In this document: positions 19,314-30,145 of the stretch, in pieces
Numbering within the stretch: position 1 is the first letter of the stretch
Layout: the number at the start of each line of letters is the position of its first letter
DNA from: a virus
Taxonomy: Duplodnaviria; Caudoviricetes
Strand: one strand, 5' to 3'
Length of the DNA: 64,000 bases
Virus record (IMG/VR): IMGVR_UViG_3300031993_000008
Location: 64,001 to 128,000 of that record
Translations under genes and position numbers: made by a program
Notes under the pieces: model-generated
Database searches by the model: none
The model's input: the letters and a program-made list of their open reading frames with translations, nothing else
Told to the model about the DNA's origin: nothing

Positions 19314-22247
19314 TTACCACAATCCCTTGGCATATGTCATAGAAATGTCTATTGGCTGGAATCCCATAGCTTCAACAATTCTGTTGACCGGACTCAGAAT
19401 AAGGAGGTCAAACATCTTGTTTTTGTCAATCTCCAGGTTGGCGGCCATATCCATTGGGTACATACCTGCTGGATAACTGAATGCTTCACATCTGTTGAGA
19501 CTCATAATGTCTGTATAGACCTCAATATTACCCTTTCTTGTTTCCTTTGCATTACTTACAAGTTTGTATGCTTCAGGGTTCTTTGCATAATCTGATACAG
19601 GAATCTGCATCTCCTTCTTCCAGTACATATACCTCTGTGAAGGTTTCACATAAAGAACACAAAGTTTATCAGCATCAAAGAGTGTGCTGTATCTCTTCTT
19701 GAACTTCTCATTGTTGTTGAGAATGTAGTTGTAGAGTGCTGCACCCTGGACTGTAATCATACTCTTTGGCTGGAGTTCAATTTCACCAGTATCACTCAAT
19801 ACATACTCACTGTACTTATTCATAGCCTTGTTGACACTGATGGTTTCAGGACTCTGAAGCATAAACTGTTTCTTCAATGGTTCCAGTTTCTTGTCAATGA
19901 AGTTTTCAAGTACGAAATTCTCCTGCTGGAATATCCACTTAACCAGGTCTGTAAGCTGATCCTTAACCCACTGTGATGAACTGGTCTGTGCAATCTCAAC
20001 ACCAGTTGCCTTAATTTTGGCACAAGAATCATAATAAACATTAGGTTCTGCCCATGTCATATTCTTGATGTACTTCTTCTTTGCCAACCAGATACATGCC
20101 TCATTGTATGCTTCAAGCTCAAAGTCAAGGAGTGCAGGAGTACCATTCTTGGCAGCATAGTCCTCATGTATCTTCTTCAGATAGTTGGACATAAACACTC
20201 TGTTGATTGTCAGACAGAACTCTCTACCTGACGGTTCAATGGTGTCAATGTGCCAGTCATACTTGTTTGTGTCAATCGAATCAACATCAAAGTATTTCTT
20301 TGCATCATCCTCTGTTGGATAACCACCTGTTGACACATACATAAACTCCTTCTGGTCATTCTGTTTGTTTATCTTGGTCAGTCTCCATACATCATGCTGG
20401 AACCAGTCTGTAACATTGATGATGTCCTCATAGCAGGTATAGATTGAGTCAGTGTCAATATACCTGGTGATAGGTTTGATATCCTTGTTTGGATCCAGGA
20501 TCTTGATACCCATAGCAAGGTGTGTCTTGGTATCCTTCTGCCAAATCTTGTTTGCCCAGAGGTTGATAAGTCTCTCTGCATTAAGGATGGCATTCTTACC
20601 CTGCTTTGTAACAGCCTCCGCAATTGTAGGATTGTAGAAGTAGAATCCGGAGAATCCGAATGCACCATAGATACCATTGATGACCACCTTTGTACCAAGC
20701 TGGAAGTTGTTGTAGATGTCTGCCTGTACCTGGCAGTATGCCATAATCTCATCAACCTCACTTGCCTTTCTACCGGCAAAGTCATTCTTATTCAGATAAT
20801 CCTCTATCTCCTCTGCTGATGCATTGTCATGTTTGAGGTCTTTCAGGTCATAATAAATCTGTGTGAACTTGAAAGATGTCTTCTTATATGCCTTTCTCTT
20901 GAAGTAAAGGTCTGTGATAATCTTCTTGAGGTGACCATCCTCTTTCTGGAAGACAGCACCTGATGCACACACAATATAACCCTTGTCTCTCCACTGCTGT
21001 TTGAGTACCTCATCATTTTCAGGAAGAAGTGTAACAAGTGTTTCAGGACCTATGTTGAACTGTCTCATCAATGTAGGATACAGTGATGCATAGTCATTAC
21101 AGGTACAATATCTCCAAAGACCTGGGATAGGCTGCTTTACGAATGCACCCTCATACTTCTCACCCTCTGTCTTTTTCTTGAATGGGTCGATACCCAATAC
21201 CTTTCCATCATTATGGAATGAAGATCTCAACAGATTCTCCGGAATATAAGTAGTTGAGAAACAATCCATTGCCTTAATCCTACCCAACCAAGCAGTTGTC
21301 AGACCACAGGTCAAAGCATTACATGCCTCATGGATAAGTTTTACCAGGCAGCAGTCAATGGCATTATAATACACATACTTCTCAAAGTTATTATGAAGCA
21401 TGTCATCCAATGATTCAGCATGCTGAACCTTCTTGATTTTACACAACTTTTCTCCAATTGTGTCCAACCTATAATTCTCATTGGAGTTCCATGTCCATTT
21501 CTTATATGCCTTGAGATAGTCAATGATACCGACATGTGCAGGTCTATCAACCGGACCTGTAAGTATTCTGCCGGGGGAAGCAAGTGATGGATCAATACCC
21601 AACATCTTTGCTCTATTATAAAGGTATCTCCAGTCATAATCCTCAAAGTTCCATCCTGTCATCATTGCCATCTTTGGGATGAATGATGAGAAGAAGAAAT
21701 ACAACAAGTCATATTCAGTGGCAAAATACTTGAACACAAACTTGAAGTGTCTGTTCACCTGCTTGAAGTGTTCATCAATTCTCTCCTGAATATTACTCTG
21801 TTCTTTTTCTGTAAGATTATGACCTCCAGACAGTACCATCACAGTGTCATTAGGACAACATACACCTATGACCGTAACTGGCTTGTCCGGTTTTTCAGGA
21901 TTGGGTTTACCCTCCTGCAATTCATTTTCAATATCAATAAAGAATAAATCTGGGAGATTGTAAGAGAAGATTCTCTCTTTCAACTCTTCAGGCTGTGCAT
22001 CCAGGATTTCATACTGCCTGTACCTGTTGAGTTTTTCCTTCTGTGGATCCACCCTGTGTTTGTAAACTGGTCTTCCGTTCCAGTTATGGGTGTTCTTGAC
22101 TTTTAAGTCTGTCTTGTCTTTTGGATTTGTGAGCCATACATACTGCTCATCATCAGGAATTTTAATGATCTCAATGTGAGTCTTTCCATCCGCTCCCCAG
22201 TAAGACACCTGGAGATTGTTTCTGTCTTGTAATATGTCCAATAACAT
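19314..22247 (-). CDS. Family B DNA polymerase (gp43-like)
   Basis: Exo motifs FIDIE, GWNFEDYD, YNAID; polymerase motifs DYASLYP, KVVINGIYG, YIDTDS, KKKY. Confidence 0.95.
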   Translation of the reverse strand: MLLDILQDRNNLQVSYWGADGKTHIEIIKIPDDEQYVWLTNPKDKTDLKVKNTHNWNGRPVYKHRVDPQKEKLNRYRQYEILDAQPEELKERIFSYNLPDLFFIDIENELQEGKPNPEKPDKPVTVIGVCCPNDTVMVLSGGHNLTEKEQSNIQERIDEHFKQVNRHFKFVFKYFATEYDLLYFFFSSFIPKMAMMTGWNFEDYDWRYLYNRAKMLGIDPSLASPGRILTGPVDRPAHVGIIDYLKAYKKWTWNSNENYRLDTIGEKLCKIKKVQHAESLDDMLHNNFEKYVYYNAIDCCLVKLIHEACNALTCGLTTAWLGRIKAMDCFSTTYIPENLLRSSFHNDGKVLGIDPFKKKTEGEKYEGAFVKQPIPGLWRYCTCNDYASLYPTLMRQFNIGPETLVTLLPENDEVLKQQWRDKGYIVCASGAVFQKEDGHLKKIITDLYFKRKAYKKTSFKFTQIYYDLKDLKHDNASAEEIEDYLNKNDFAGRKASEVDEIMAYCQVQADIYNNFQLGTKVVINGIYGAFGFSGFYFYNPTIAEAVTKQGKNAILNAERLINLWANKIWQKDTKTHLAMGIKILDPNKDIKPITRYIDTDSIYTCYEDIINVTDWFQHDVWRLTKINKQNDQKEFMYVSTGGYPTEDDAKKYFDVDSIDTNKYDWHIDTIEPSGREFCLTINRVFMSNYLKKIHEDYAAKNGTPALLDFELEAYNEACIWLAKKKYIKNMTWAEPNVYYDSCAKIKATGVEIAQTSSSQWVKDQLTDLVKWIFQQENFVLENFIDKKLEPLKKQFMLQSPETISVNKAMNKYSEYVLSDTGEIELQPKSMITVQGAALYNYILNNNEKFKKRYSTLFDADKLCVLYVKPSQRYMYWKKEMQIPVSDYAKNPEAYKLVSNAKETRKGNIEVYTDIMSLNRCEAFSYPAGMYPMDMAANLEIDKNKMFDLLILSPVNRIVEAMGFQPIDISMTYAKGLW

Positions 22248-22326
22248 TGTTAAACTAAATTTTAATTGATTACTTTAGAAGGTAACCTTCATCCAAGACT
22301 AAATATAACAAAAATGAGATGAAGAC

Positions 22327-23262
22327 TTAACCCATCTCATTCAATTTATTTTTAATTGTGTTTATTGTATCTTTCAAATCATTTGAAAATATCTCTAAAT
22401 AATTTAGATTGTTTTCTTTTGCAGTTAACCTTTTATGAACATCTCTGTTTGTCCAAATGTCTATTGCCATTTTATAGAACTTACTTATTTTGGATTTTTC
22501 ACTCCATAATTCTAACTTATTTATATCATCAACATTTGTTTCATCAAAAGGATGTTTACCATGTGTCCAGGTACCTTGAATTTCAATATATAAATCATAA
22601 TCAGGTAAATAAAAGTCACATTTAAATGGATATTGTTCAGACATATATTGATATATATACTTATATCCTTGTTCTTCTAACCAATTTGAAACTTCAATCT
22701 CTATTCTTGATGTATGAAATGTATTGTTTCTTCTTTTTGTTTCACATTCTCTATGTTTCCATTCTTTTGTTTGAGAATAACTAATCCTCCCAAACCTGTC
22801 TAAACAGGTTTGCTCTTTTTTATTTCTCCACTCTTCTGTTTGTGAATAACTAACTTTACCATATCTATCCAAACAAGTTTGTGTATGTTTTTCTTTACAT
22901 AACTCACTTTGTGATGGATATTTTGTACCAAATCTTCTAAAAGAAGTTGATATAAACTTATTCATTACAGTATCATCTGAATGTGTACATTTTTGAGAAC
23001 AATGTTTTTGATACCCAAATGAAAATGAACGAAATGTACATCTATTTCCACATTCACATTTTCCAAGGTTTAACTCTCTATCATTATTAAAATAGTGATA
23101 AAGTTTTTGTGACCAAGAAAATCCTTCTGGAAAAGACCATTTTAGAATATCATTATAAATGTAAGGAAAATGAATTTTGAACTTTGGTTCTTGAATATAT
23201 GCCAGTGGTTTACTTTTAAGAATAGCATATACTTCATCTTTTGAAAAGATATATGTTTCCAT
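22327..23262 (-). mobile_element. Free-standing putative homing endonuclease (Zn-finger, xRYG repeats, Vsr/DUF559-like nuclease)
   Basis: CECGNRC..HCSQKC, repeated TCLDRYG/RFG, C-terminal CDFYLPDYDLYIEIQGTWTHG; more AT-rich than its neighbours; paralogue at 57045. Confidence 0.7.
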
Positions 23263-23397
23263 AAATATTATTGAGTTTATATTCAAAAGAGGATTTCTGT
23301 AGTTTACCAGACTACATTAAAGAAGTCCTCTTTATATATTTATGGTTTTTTAAATATTTTGTTATTTTTATTGTATAAAAAATGAACTCTAACTAAA

Positions 23398-23982
23398 ATG
23401 ATCAATAAGAATGATGATGTAGATTTTGATGATTATCCAATTGATGATGAAGAAGACATCGCAGTAGATAAAAGAGACTTCCTTGATGAGAATGGAGTAA
23501 ACATCTTCACAAAGAAATCCGGTGAGAAGACGGTGGAGGAAAGAATCAAAACATCCAGGACACTAAAGATCAAGAACAACAAGTGGAACCAGGTTGATTA
23601 CACAGATGAATACTCTACTGAAAAAATCACAATTGACCCCCAGAGTTGTCAATACACCTCTTCATATGAGGATGTTGAGTTTGAAAAGGCATTCCACAAA
23701 ATAATTGAGGACTCCAAATACAAGGAACTCCTCCTTGGTGAAGACAATGTCTCTATAAACTACCAGACAGTAAATGACATAATAATTTACTGTTACCCCA
23801 AGATGAAGCAGGATTATACAATGGCACAACTCTTTGTACTTGTATGTGAATATTGCGGTATAGGTCTTCAGGCAATGTGGAAAAGATTGAGTACTTATCT
23901 CCAGATACAGATTCTGGAAGACCTGAAAGAGGTGAGTAAGTTACCAAATGAGATTCTTAATAATAATGTAAAACTATTTTAA
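23398..23982 (+). CDS. Hypothetical protein
   Basis: 194 aa ORF behind the middle promoter at 23358-23370. Confidence 0.8.
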   Translation: MINKNDDVDFDDYPIDDEEDIAVDKRDFLDENGVNIFTKKSGEKTVEERIKTSRTLKIKNNKWNQVDYTDEYSTEKITIDPQSCQYTSSYEDVEFEKAFHKIIEDSKYKELLLGEDNVSINYQTVNDIIIYCYPKMKQDYTMAQLFVLVCEYCGIGLQAMWKRLSTYLQIQILEDLKEVSKLPNEILNNNVKLF

Positions 23983-23985
23983 ATT

Positions 23986-24219
23986 ATGGCAAACGACGTA
24001 GAAGTTAATTATTTTGAGGTTACAGTAAAACTTCAGAAAGAGACTGATAAGACTGACAGGGCAGGAAATCCAAAGATCAAGAAATGGAATGAGAAGTGGT
24101 TGGTACATGCAAAGACCACAGAGGAAGCCAACAGAATTATCAAGGAAGAATATGATGGTTCTATGGAAGAGTGGAGAATAGCAAATGTAAAGGAGACCCA
24201 AATCATAGGTGTTAAATAA
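23986..24219 (+). CDS. DUF4494-like protein (Bacteroidota family)
   Basis: YFEVTVK..KKWNEKWLVHAKTTEEAN..I..VKETQI resembles the DUF4494 pattern. Confidence 0.6.
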   Translation: MANDVEVNYFEVTVKLQKETDKTDRAGNPKIKKWNEKWLVHAKTTEEANRIIKEEYDGSMEEWRIANVKETQIIGVK

Positions 24220-24314
24220 ATTGTTATTGTTTTTGTTTGTTTTTTGAAGGTGAGGTTGTTTCAACCCCACCTTTTTTTCATAAATACCTTATATTATGTA
24301 CATATATAGACAGT

Positions 24315-24797
24315 ATGAACAATATAAAGACTTTCACAGAATTTCTCCTTGAAGTAAAATCTGATAAGGACATTGTAAAGGATTTGGCAAGACACCTTTC
24401 ATTTGATAAGGATATTATCAAATATCTTAACACATCCAGATCTAAACGTGAGATAGGTTGGAGAGAAATGCTGGATACCAAACTTCATGGTAAGAATAAG
24501 TTCTACATCAACTATATCACAAAGAATATGGTTGCTGACTATAACCCACAAATTACAGGTTATATCCACATCAATGATGATCCTGATGAGGAAGACTTTG
24601 ATGATAAGGAACATGATGAAAGAGGATTTGCAGATATGAGTCCGGAGGAACAGATTGCAGACCTCAATGACAGAGTTACTGATGTTGAAGGACTTCTCGG
24701 TATTGACCCAGATGATGACAAGAGTCTTGACAGGGTTGAGAAGGCACTTGATGATGCAGGTTATGAAAGACCTGATATTGAAGGAGAGGAAGAATAA
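24315..24797 (+). CDS. Late protein with KTFTEFLLE leader (putative internal head protein)
   Basis: Start MNNIKTFTEFLLE, after terminator plus CATAAATA (24279-24286). Confidence 0.75.
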   Translation: MNNIKTFTEFLLEVKSDKDIVKDLARHLSFDKDIIKYLNTSRSKREIGWREMLDTKLHGKNKFYINYITKNMVADYNPQITGYIHINDDPDEEDFDDKEHDERGFADMSPEEQIADLNDRVTDVEGLLGIDPDDDKSLDRVEKALDDAGYERPDIEGEEE

Positions 24798-25705
24798 TGA
24801 GTGAGTATAATCAGAAATACAACAAGGATGATGTTTTCATCAGGAGTATGATAGTATGTCTTCTTGCAGAAATGAATAAGAAGATGTACATCTATAACCG
24901 TCTTGATGATGGAAAGGTCCAGAAAGTCAATGTTCCTTGTTTATACTCCATAACCGGTCAGGAAAGATTCCTCAAAGATGAGTTTTATTATGATGCCCTG
25001 GAAGAGGGTAAGGCATATGGTGACTATGAGAAAGTCCCAAGATGTATGGTCAATCTCACATCATTTGGTGTAAACACAGCAGAACAGACCAACAAGTATA
25101 ACAGGACAAAGATTGTAAGGGAGAGTCAGGGTGTATTGAGAACCCTTTATCTCAATGTTGAATGGATTCCTGTCACACTTTCCTTTGATTGTAAAGTCAT
25201 ATGTGCAAACAACATTGAACTCTTCAAAATCACAGAGATGATTGTATCCAAGATTTACAAGAACCCCAACTACTTCAAGGTTGATTATGGTATGTTCAAT
25301 GTGGATGCATGTCTTTCTGTTCCCGCAGATTATAACCATGAACTCCCCCAGGAATTCGGATTGAATGAAAAGAAGGAATTTTCAACATCATTCAGTGTTG
25401 AAATGAAGACCTTCATTCCTGCATTTGAACATGGTCTTCTCCTTTGTGAGATAGATGAACTTCTCCTTGAAGTACCAAAGGATGCAAAGGGTATCCTCGA
25501 ATACAGACCTGATGAATTCGGTACATTCGGATTGAGGGCAGGAGGTGTTATGGAAGAGATTGCAGAGTCAGTTTATGTCCATCATACAGAAGAACCGACA
25601 CTCAAATCAAACACACATCAGGTACCAATGAAAGTAAGATCATTGGATGATTTGCAGAAAAAGGATTTGAATGAGGATTTAATCCAACGTAAGATTGTCA
25701 AATAA
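24797..25705 (+). CDS. gp15-like tail sheath stabiliser/terminator
   Basis: KVNVPCLY..ERFL, PRCMV, IPVTLSF..ELFKITEMI parallel T4 gp15 motifs. Confidence 0.65.
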   Translation: MSEYNQKYNKDDVFIRSMIVCLLAEMNKKMYIYNRLDDGKVQKVNVPCLYSITGQERFLKDEFYYDALEEGKAYGDYEKVPRCMVNLTSFGVNTAEQTNKYNRTKIVRESQGVLRTLYLNVEWIPVTLSFDCKVICANNIELFKITEMIVSKIYKNPNYFKVDYGMFNVDACLSVPADYNHELPQEFGLNEKKEFSTSFSVEMKTFIPAFEHGLLLCEIDELLLEVPKDAKGILEYRPDEFGTFGLRAGGVMEEIAESVYVHHTEEPTLKSNTHQVPMKVRSLDDLQKKDLNEDLIQRKIVK

Positions 25706-25744
25706 CCATAAATATAGAGTATTATAATCTTAATTTGAAGTAGA

Positions 25745-27436
25745 ATGGTAAGTTTACAAAACATACTTAATTCAGAAGGTCAGGAATTTTTGGATAATCT
25801 TCTTAACAAGGAGGTTGTGGTAAATGAGAAACTCAATGCCGCAACACTCTCATTTCAGAAGAAGGTCACATCAGAAACAGACCTCAACAGAAAGTTGACC
25901 TTCTATAAGGGTTCAGGTGTCAATAAGAGAGAAATCACAGTTGCTGATAGGGTTATGACCAACTTCTATTCAAGTGGCATGACTTATTTGAGTAACCTGA
26001 GTAAAATCATAATAGACAAGATTCCTAACAACTGGACTTTTGTCTGTAAGTATTTTCCTAACCACCAACCAAGTTTCATCAATTATTCAGTTCTTCCAAA
26101 GAACAACTTGGTTCTTTCTTGTATAATTACATCAGGTGGTACAAAGATTGAGGATGTTGAAGACCTGAGGTCCTGGGCCGAGATGTTTGACATCGCTTAC
26201 CAGGAACCGGTATTCAGAGGATACCTCTCACAATATCAGAAAGAAAGATTGAATGACTATCTCAAGAGTGGATCCACCAAGGATTCATTTGCAAGATTCA
26301 TTATAACATTGTTGAATCCTAACCTCACACATTCATTATATCAGAATGACGGTTTTGATTCACCTATTGACGGATTCATATTCAAGTTCATATCAGATGA
26401 CGGAATAACCAAACCTGTATCTGCCAAACTCATTGACCCTTATATGACAAACATCATTCTGAAGAATAAGTCAAACAAGGGATTCAAAGACAATACAGAT
26501 GTTCTGTTGTCTGATTTTGCTGTCTTTATGACAGGTCAGGATATGGATTCCATTCTCCTTAAGGGTGATGATGAGAACAACAGGTATCTTGAACTCTTCT
26601 ACAGACTGTTCAATAGATACATCAAATACAAGAAATCACAATTGGAAGACTTTGATGTCGACACCAATGACATTGTAAAGGAATCAATCAATGTTGATTT
26701 TGATGTTGACCTGGATGCAATAACCAATGAGACAACAAAGAAACTCCTGAAGGAAAACCCTGAATACAAGTCAATCTTCAAGACACTTCTGGGTTCATTC
26801 AAGACAAAGAAACCGGAAGATTACAAGTCACTTGTCATGTCTCCGGGTATCGTAAGAATCTTCAATGAAATCATTGACAAGATAAATGACAAAATCAAGA
26901 CCCAGGATCAGAGTACCAATCTCTCATTTACATCCTATCTTAATTCCATTCATCACAAGACAATCAATGACCTTGACATAAACAATGCTCCGGAGGATGT
27001 TCAGGCAGCCAACCTGAAGACAAACAAGGAAGATAAACCTAGTATTGCCGCACTTTCATTCGCAGACTTCAAGAAAAAGGATGAGAAAGAAAAGGATGAT
27101 AAGGAGGAGAAGAAACAAATCAAGTCCATTGAGGATATGATTAAGGATCTCCAGAAGGATGTTAAATCCCTCAAGGGTGACATCAGTGATGTTGAAAAGA
27201 CTGTTGAGGATTCATCTGAAAAGAAGGAAGATGAGGGTGAAAAGAAAGAACCTGAAAAGAAGGAGGAGGATAAGAAAGAGGAAAAACCGGAAAAGAAGGG
27301 TGACACTCCAAAGGACACCGGTGAATCTGAAGAAGAGGAAAAGAATGAGGAATCATCAGATGACAATGAAGATGAGGATAAAGACAAGAAGGATAAGGAA
27401 GAGAAAACAAATGACAATCCTCTTGCCCAACTTTAA
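25745..27436 (+). CDS. Late hypothetical protein with a degenerate ligase-like N-terminus and a charged low-complexity tail
   Basis: VVVNEKLNA resembles the KxDG motif; IDGFIF; E/K/D-rich C-terminus; CATAAATA at 25707. Confidence 0.7.
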   Translation: MVSLQNILNSEGQEFLDNLLNKEVVVNEKLNAATLSFQKKVTSETDLNRKLTFYKGSGVNKREITVADRVMTNFYSSGMTYLSNLSKIIIDKIPNNWTFVCKYFPNHQPSFINYSVLPKNNLVLSCIITSGGTKIEDVEDLRSWAEMFDIAYQEPVFRGYLSQYQKERLNDYLKSGSTKDSFARFIITLLNPNLTHSLYQNDGFDSPIDGFIFKFISDDGITKPVSAKLIDPYMTNIILKNKSNKGFKDNTDVLLSDFAVFMTGQDMDSILLKGDDENNRYLELFYRLFNRYIKYKKSQLEDFDVDTNDIVKESINVDFDVDLDAITNETTKKLLKENPEYKSIFKTLLGSFKTKKPEDYKSLVMSPGIVRIFNEIIDKINDKIKTQDQSTNLSFTSYLNSIHHKTINDLDINNAPEDVQAANLKTNKEDKPSIAALSFADFKKKDEKEKDDKEEKKQIKSIEDMIKDLQKDVKSLKGDISDVEKTVEDSSEKKEDEGEKKEPEKKEEDKKEEKPEKKGDTPKDTGESEEEEKNEESSDDNEDEDKDKKDKEEKTNDNPLAQL

Positions 27437-27472
27437 TTTTGCATAAATAATAATATAATAGATATCTGAATT

Positions 27473-29053
27473 ATGGATAATTTGAATACAAACTTAATCA
27501 ACTTGATTGCTTCTTTCAAGAAAACAGGTCAGTCTGATGATGTCATCAAGCAGTCAATGTGGCAGTTGGGTATGATTCCAGAGGTTGTGGAAGCACACCT
27601 TGATTATTATAACAAGCATACAGCTCAGATTAATAAGGACATAAACATAGTAAAAGAAACTAAAGATATGAAATTAACACTTGAAAAATTGCACACACAG
27701 TCTGAAAAGACTATTGCAGCACTTGAAGAAATGAAGTCTGACAACAGTCTCGGTTTCTCTGCAACAAGCGCAAAGGGAATCATTGAGAGTGCTATGGCAC
27801 AGCTTCAGATTTCAAATGATGACAAGACTGTTATGGAAGAGAAGATCAAGGCTGGTTACAAGATTGATGATACACTTGTAAATCCTGTTTTGAAATACAC
27901 TGTAACTGAAAATCTTTATACTGCTCTTACACAGTATGACTGGATTCAGCCTGTTGCTGATTTCAGAAAGATGATTGAAGAGTCATTTGTAGCAGACAAA
28001 TGGAGTTATGTTACAGCAAAGTTTGCCAACAGTCTTGCTGGACAGTCTTCAAATCCTTCATATGCACATCTTTATGAAGGTCTTGTTGATGCTCTCATTG
28101 ATGAGGAGAATGTAAGACTTGCTCTTAAGGATGTTCTTCTTGAGAACTCATGGAACAAAGATGCAAAGGCAATCCTTTCATCAATCGTTGCAGAGGAAAA
28201 GGCAGAACAGGGTGAAATCAACACCAGCATATATGAGAACTCTTCTTGCTCTGTAAGAAAGACCATCTCTCCTCTTATCATAGATGAAAACAAGAAGGTA
28301 TTCTTCCTTAATGGTAAGAACTACATCTTTGATGGTCAGACTCTTGAAGAGGCAACTGTTACTGACAGAAAATACCTCAATGTACTTGAAGGTCTTTCAA
28401 TCCTGAAGTATGAGGCAGACAAGGACAGACTTGTTTATTATGGCAAGAACAATATGGTTCTCGAATACAACTGCCAGACTGATGAGATTTCTCTCACAGG
28501 TGTTGAGGGTGTAAACGATATGTCAATCATTGACCTCAATGAGACATTGAAGAGATGTGGTATCTTTGACAGAGAGACAATCGGTAACTGTGAGAAACTT
28601 GTTAAGTTCTTTGAATCAAAGGACATCCTTGTTGAACTTGATTCACCTATCACCACTGTTCAGAGTGATAAGTTTGCTGGCTTATTCATAACTGTTATCA
28701 ATGTACAGGAGGGTGTATATGTAAATAAGGTAAACGCTGCTCTTGGTATCAATGAGATGACTTATTACAAGACTGCAAAGGAGGCTTGTGATGCAATCAG
28801 AGACTTTATGAAGTATGATGCAACTGCTATCCTTTCAGAGAAACTCCAGGCAGAGGGTATCCAGAATGCTGTCATTGAAGCAAAGAGAAATGAAATCAAT
28901 GAAACCCTTTCATTCCTTTCAGAGAAGAGAGCTCAGCTTATTGCCGGTCTCCAGGAAACCAACAACAACCAGCAGGTAAAGGAAGCACTTGAACTTGTTG
29001 AGGGTGAAATCAGAAAGTTTGAGAAGGAACTTCAGGAAACATACGAAGAGTAA
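27473..29053 (+). CDS. Late hypothetical (probably structural) protein
   Basis: 526 aa, coiled-coil C-terminus, CATAAATA at 27442. Confidence 0.75.
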   Translation: MDNLNTNLINLIASFKKTGQSDDVIKQSMWQLGMIPEVVEAHLDYYNKHTAQINKDINIVKETKDMKLTLEKLHTQSEKTIAALEEMKSDNSLGFSATSAKGIIESAMAQLQISNDDKTVMEEKIKAGYKIDDTLVNPVLKYTVTENLYTALTQYDWIQPVADFRKMIEESFVADKWSYVTAKFANSLAGQSSNPSYAHLYEGLVDALIDEENVRLALKDVLLENSWNKDAKAILSSIVAEEKAEQGEINTSIYENSSCSVRKTISPLIIDENKKVFFLNGKNYIFDGQTLEEATVTDRKYLNVLEGLSILKYEADKDRLVYYGKNNMVLEYNCQTDEISLTGVEGVNDMSIIDLNETLKRCGIFDRETIGNCEKLVKFFESKDILVELDSPITTVQSDKFAGLFITVINVQEGVYVNKVNAALGINEMTYYKTAKEACDAIRDFMKYDATAILSEKLQAEGIQNAVIEAKRNEINETLSFLSEKRAQLIAGLQETNNNQQVKEALELVEGEIRKFEKELQETYEE

Positions 29054-29059
29054 TTGGTT

Positions 29060-29335
29060 ATGGAAAAGGTCAAGAGTTTCAATGAGTTCATCAATGAAAC
29101 CTACCTTGAAAAACCTGCTGATGCAGACCTTCTGAAACATGACAAGAAAAAGATGCAGAAGAATGGTTATGCTGAAGTGACAGTGATTGAAACTGTAGAT
29201 GGTCTTAAAGAAGGTGATAAGGTTTTGGTTTCAGCGACTGAATTTGGTCAGTTAGATGACGAATCATTTGTTACCTGTTACAAGGATGATGAAGAATACT
29301 TCATCCAGAAAAAGAACCTACAGGCAAATTCATAA
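29060..29335 (+). CDS. Small late protein with VKSFNEFINE leader
   Basis: Leader resembles the T4 capsid-targeting sequence MKTYQEFIAE. Confidence 0.75.
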   Translation: MEKVKSFNEFINETYLEKPADADLLKHDKKKMQKNGYAEVTVIETVDGLKEGDKVLVSATEFGQLDDESFVTCYKDDEEYFIQKKNLQANS

Positions 29336-29410
29336 TATGAAAAATGTGGGAAACACCCACATTTTTCTTTTTGTTATATTTATTATATACAATATATCCA
29401 TTATATTGAA

Positions 29411-30082
29411 ATGGCCAAAAAGAAAAACTATTTAAGTAATGTAGAATTAAGGGATGAGATTCTTAAATGTATAACAGATGGATATGAGAAGGCCATATCA
29501 TATGGATTTGATCCTACACTTCCACCTTATGGATCAGACAGTTCAGAATCTGAACCGGATATACCTGATGATGACAAGACAATAAAAATCGGTTATCTTT
29601 TTGAAAGTGAGGATAAGGAAGTGAAAGAAAAGTATGAACTTGCAATCAGTAATGGTTACATGCCTGAAAGGTCATACTGGATAAGGGAAGTAAAGGAATA
29701 TGACAAGGCAGAATCTGAAGGTAAGGTTAAACTTGATGATGATCTCAAGTATCAAATGGCAAAACCTGTAGTCAGTGACAAACTTGCATACATGTTCCAA
29801 CTCATAGTGGATAATATCGCAAAGAGTTTCTACTGGGCAAATCCTGATGATGGTGAGGATTGTAAGGCCAATGCGATCCTGGATCTGTGTTCCAATTTCT
29901 GGAAGTATGAACCTGTTGATGTGAATGGAAGACCATACAGTGCCTTTGCATTTTGTTCACAGATTGCATATTTCGGTATTGCCGGAGCCCACAGAATACT
30001 TCACCCAAAGAAGTACAATGGAACAATATCCATTTCCTGTTTGGATGAAAACGGAAAACCATTTGAATTATACAATCTCTAA
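29411..30082 (+). CDS. gp55-like late sigma factor
   Basis: NYLSNVEL, LAYMFQLIVDNIAK, EDCKANAILD..WKYEP, AFAFCSQIAY parallel gp55 (YVNNKEF..NPFAYFTQI); middle promoter at 29370-29382. Confidence 0.75.
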   Translation: MAKKKNYLSNVELRDEILKCITDGYEKAISYGFDPTLPPYGSDSSESEPDIPDDDKTIKIGYLFESEDKEVKEKYELAISNGYMPERSYWIREVKEYDKAESEGKVKLDDDLKYQMAKPVVSDKLAYMFQLIVDNIAKSFYWANPDDGEDCKANAILDLCSNFWKYEPVDVNGRPYSAFAFCSQIAYFGIAGAHRILHPKKYNGTISISCLDENGKPFELYNL

Positions 30083-30145
30083 TCTACAAAGGAGTGACCA
30101 TAGGTTACTCCTTTTTTCATAAATACCTTATAATAGTGTATACTT

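Noticed and set aside
19314-22247. Intein or intron in PolB
   Set aside because: Insertions near the polymerase motifs are short, lack intein C/HN termini and LAGLIDADG motifs, and the ORF is continuous.
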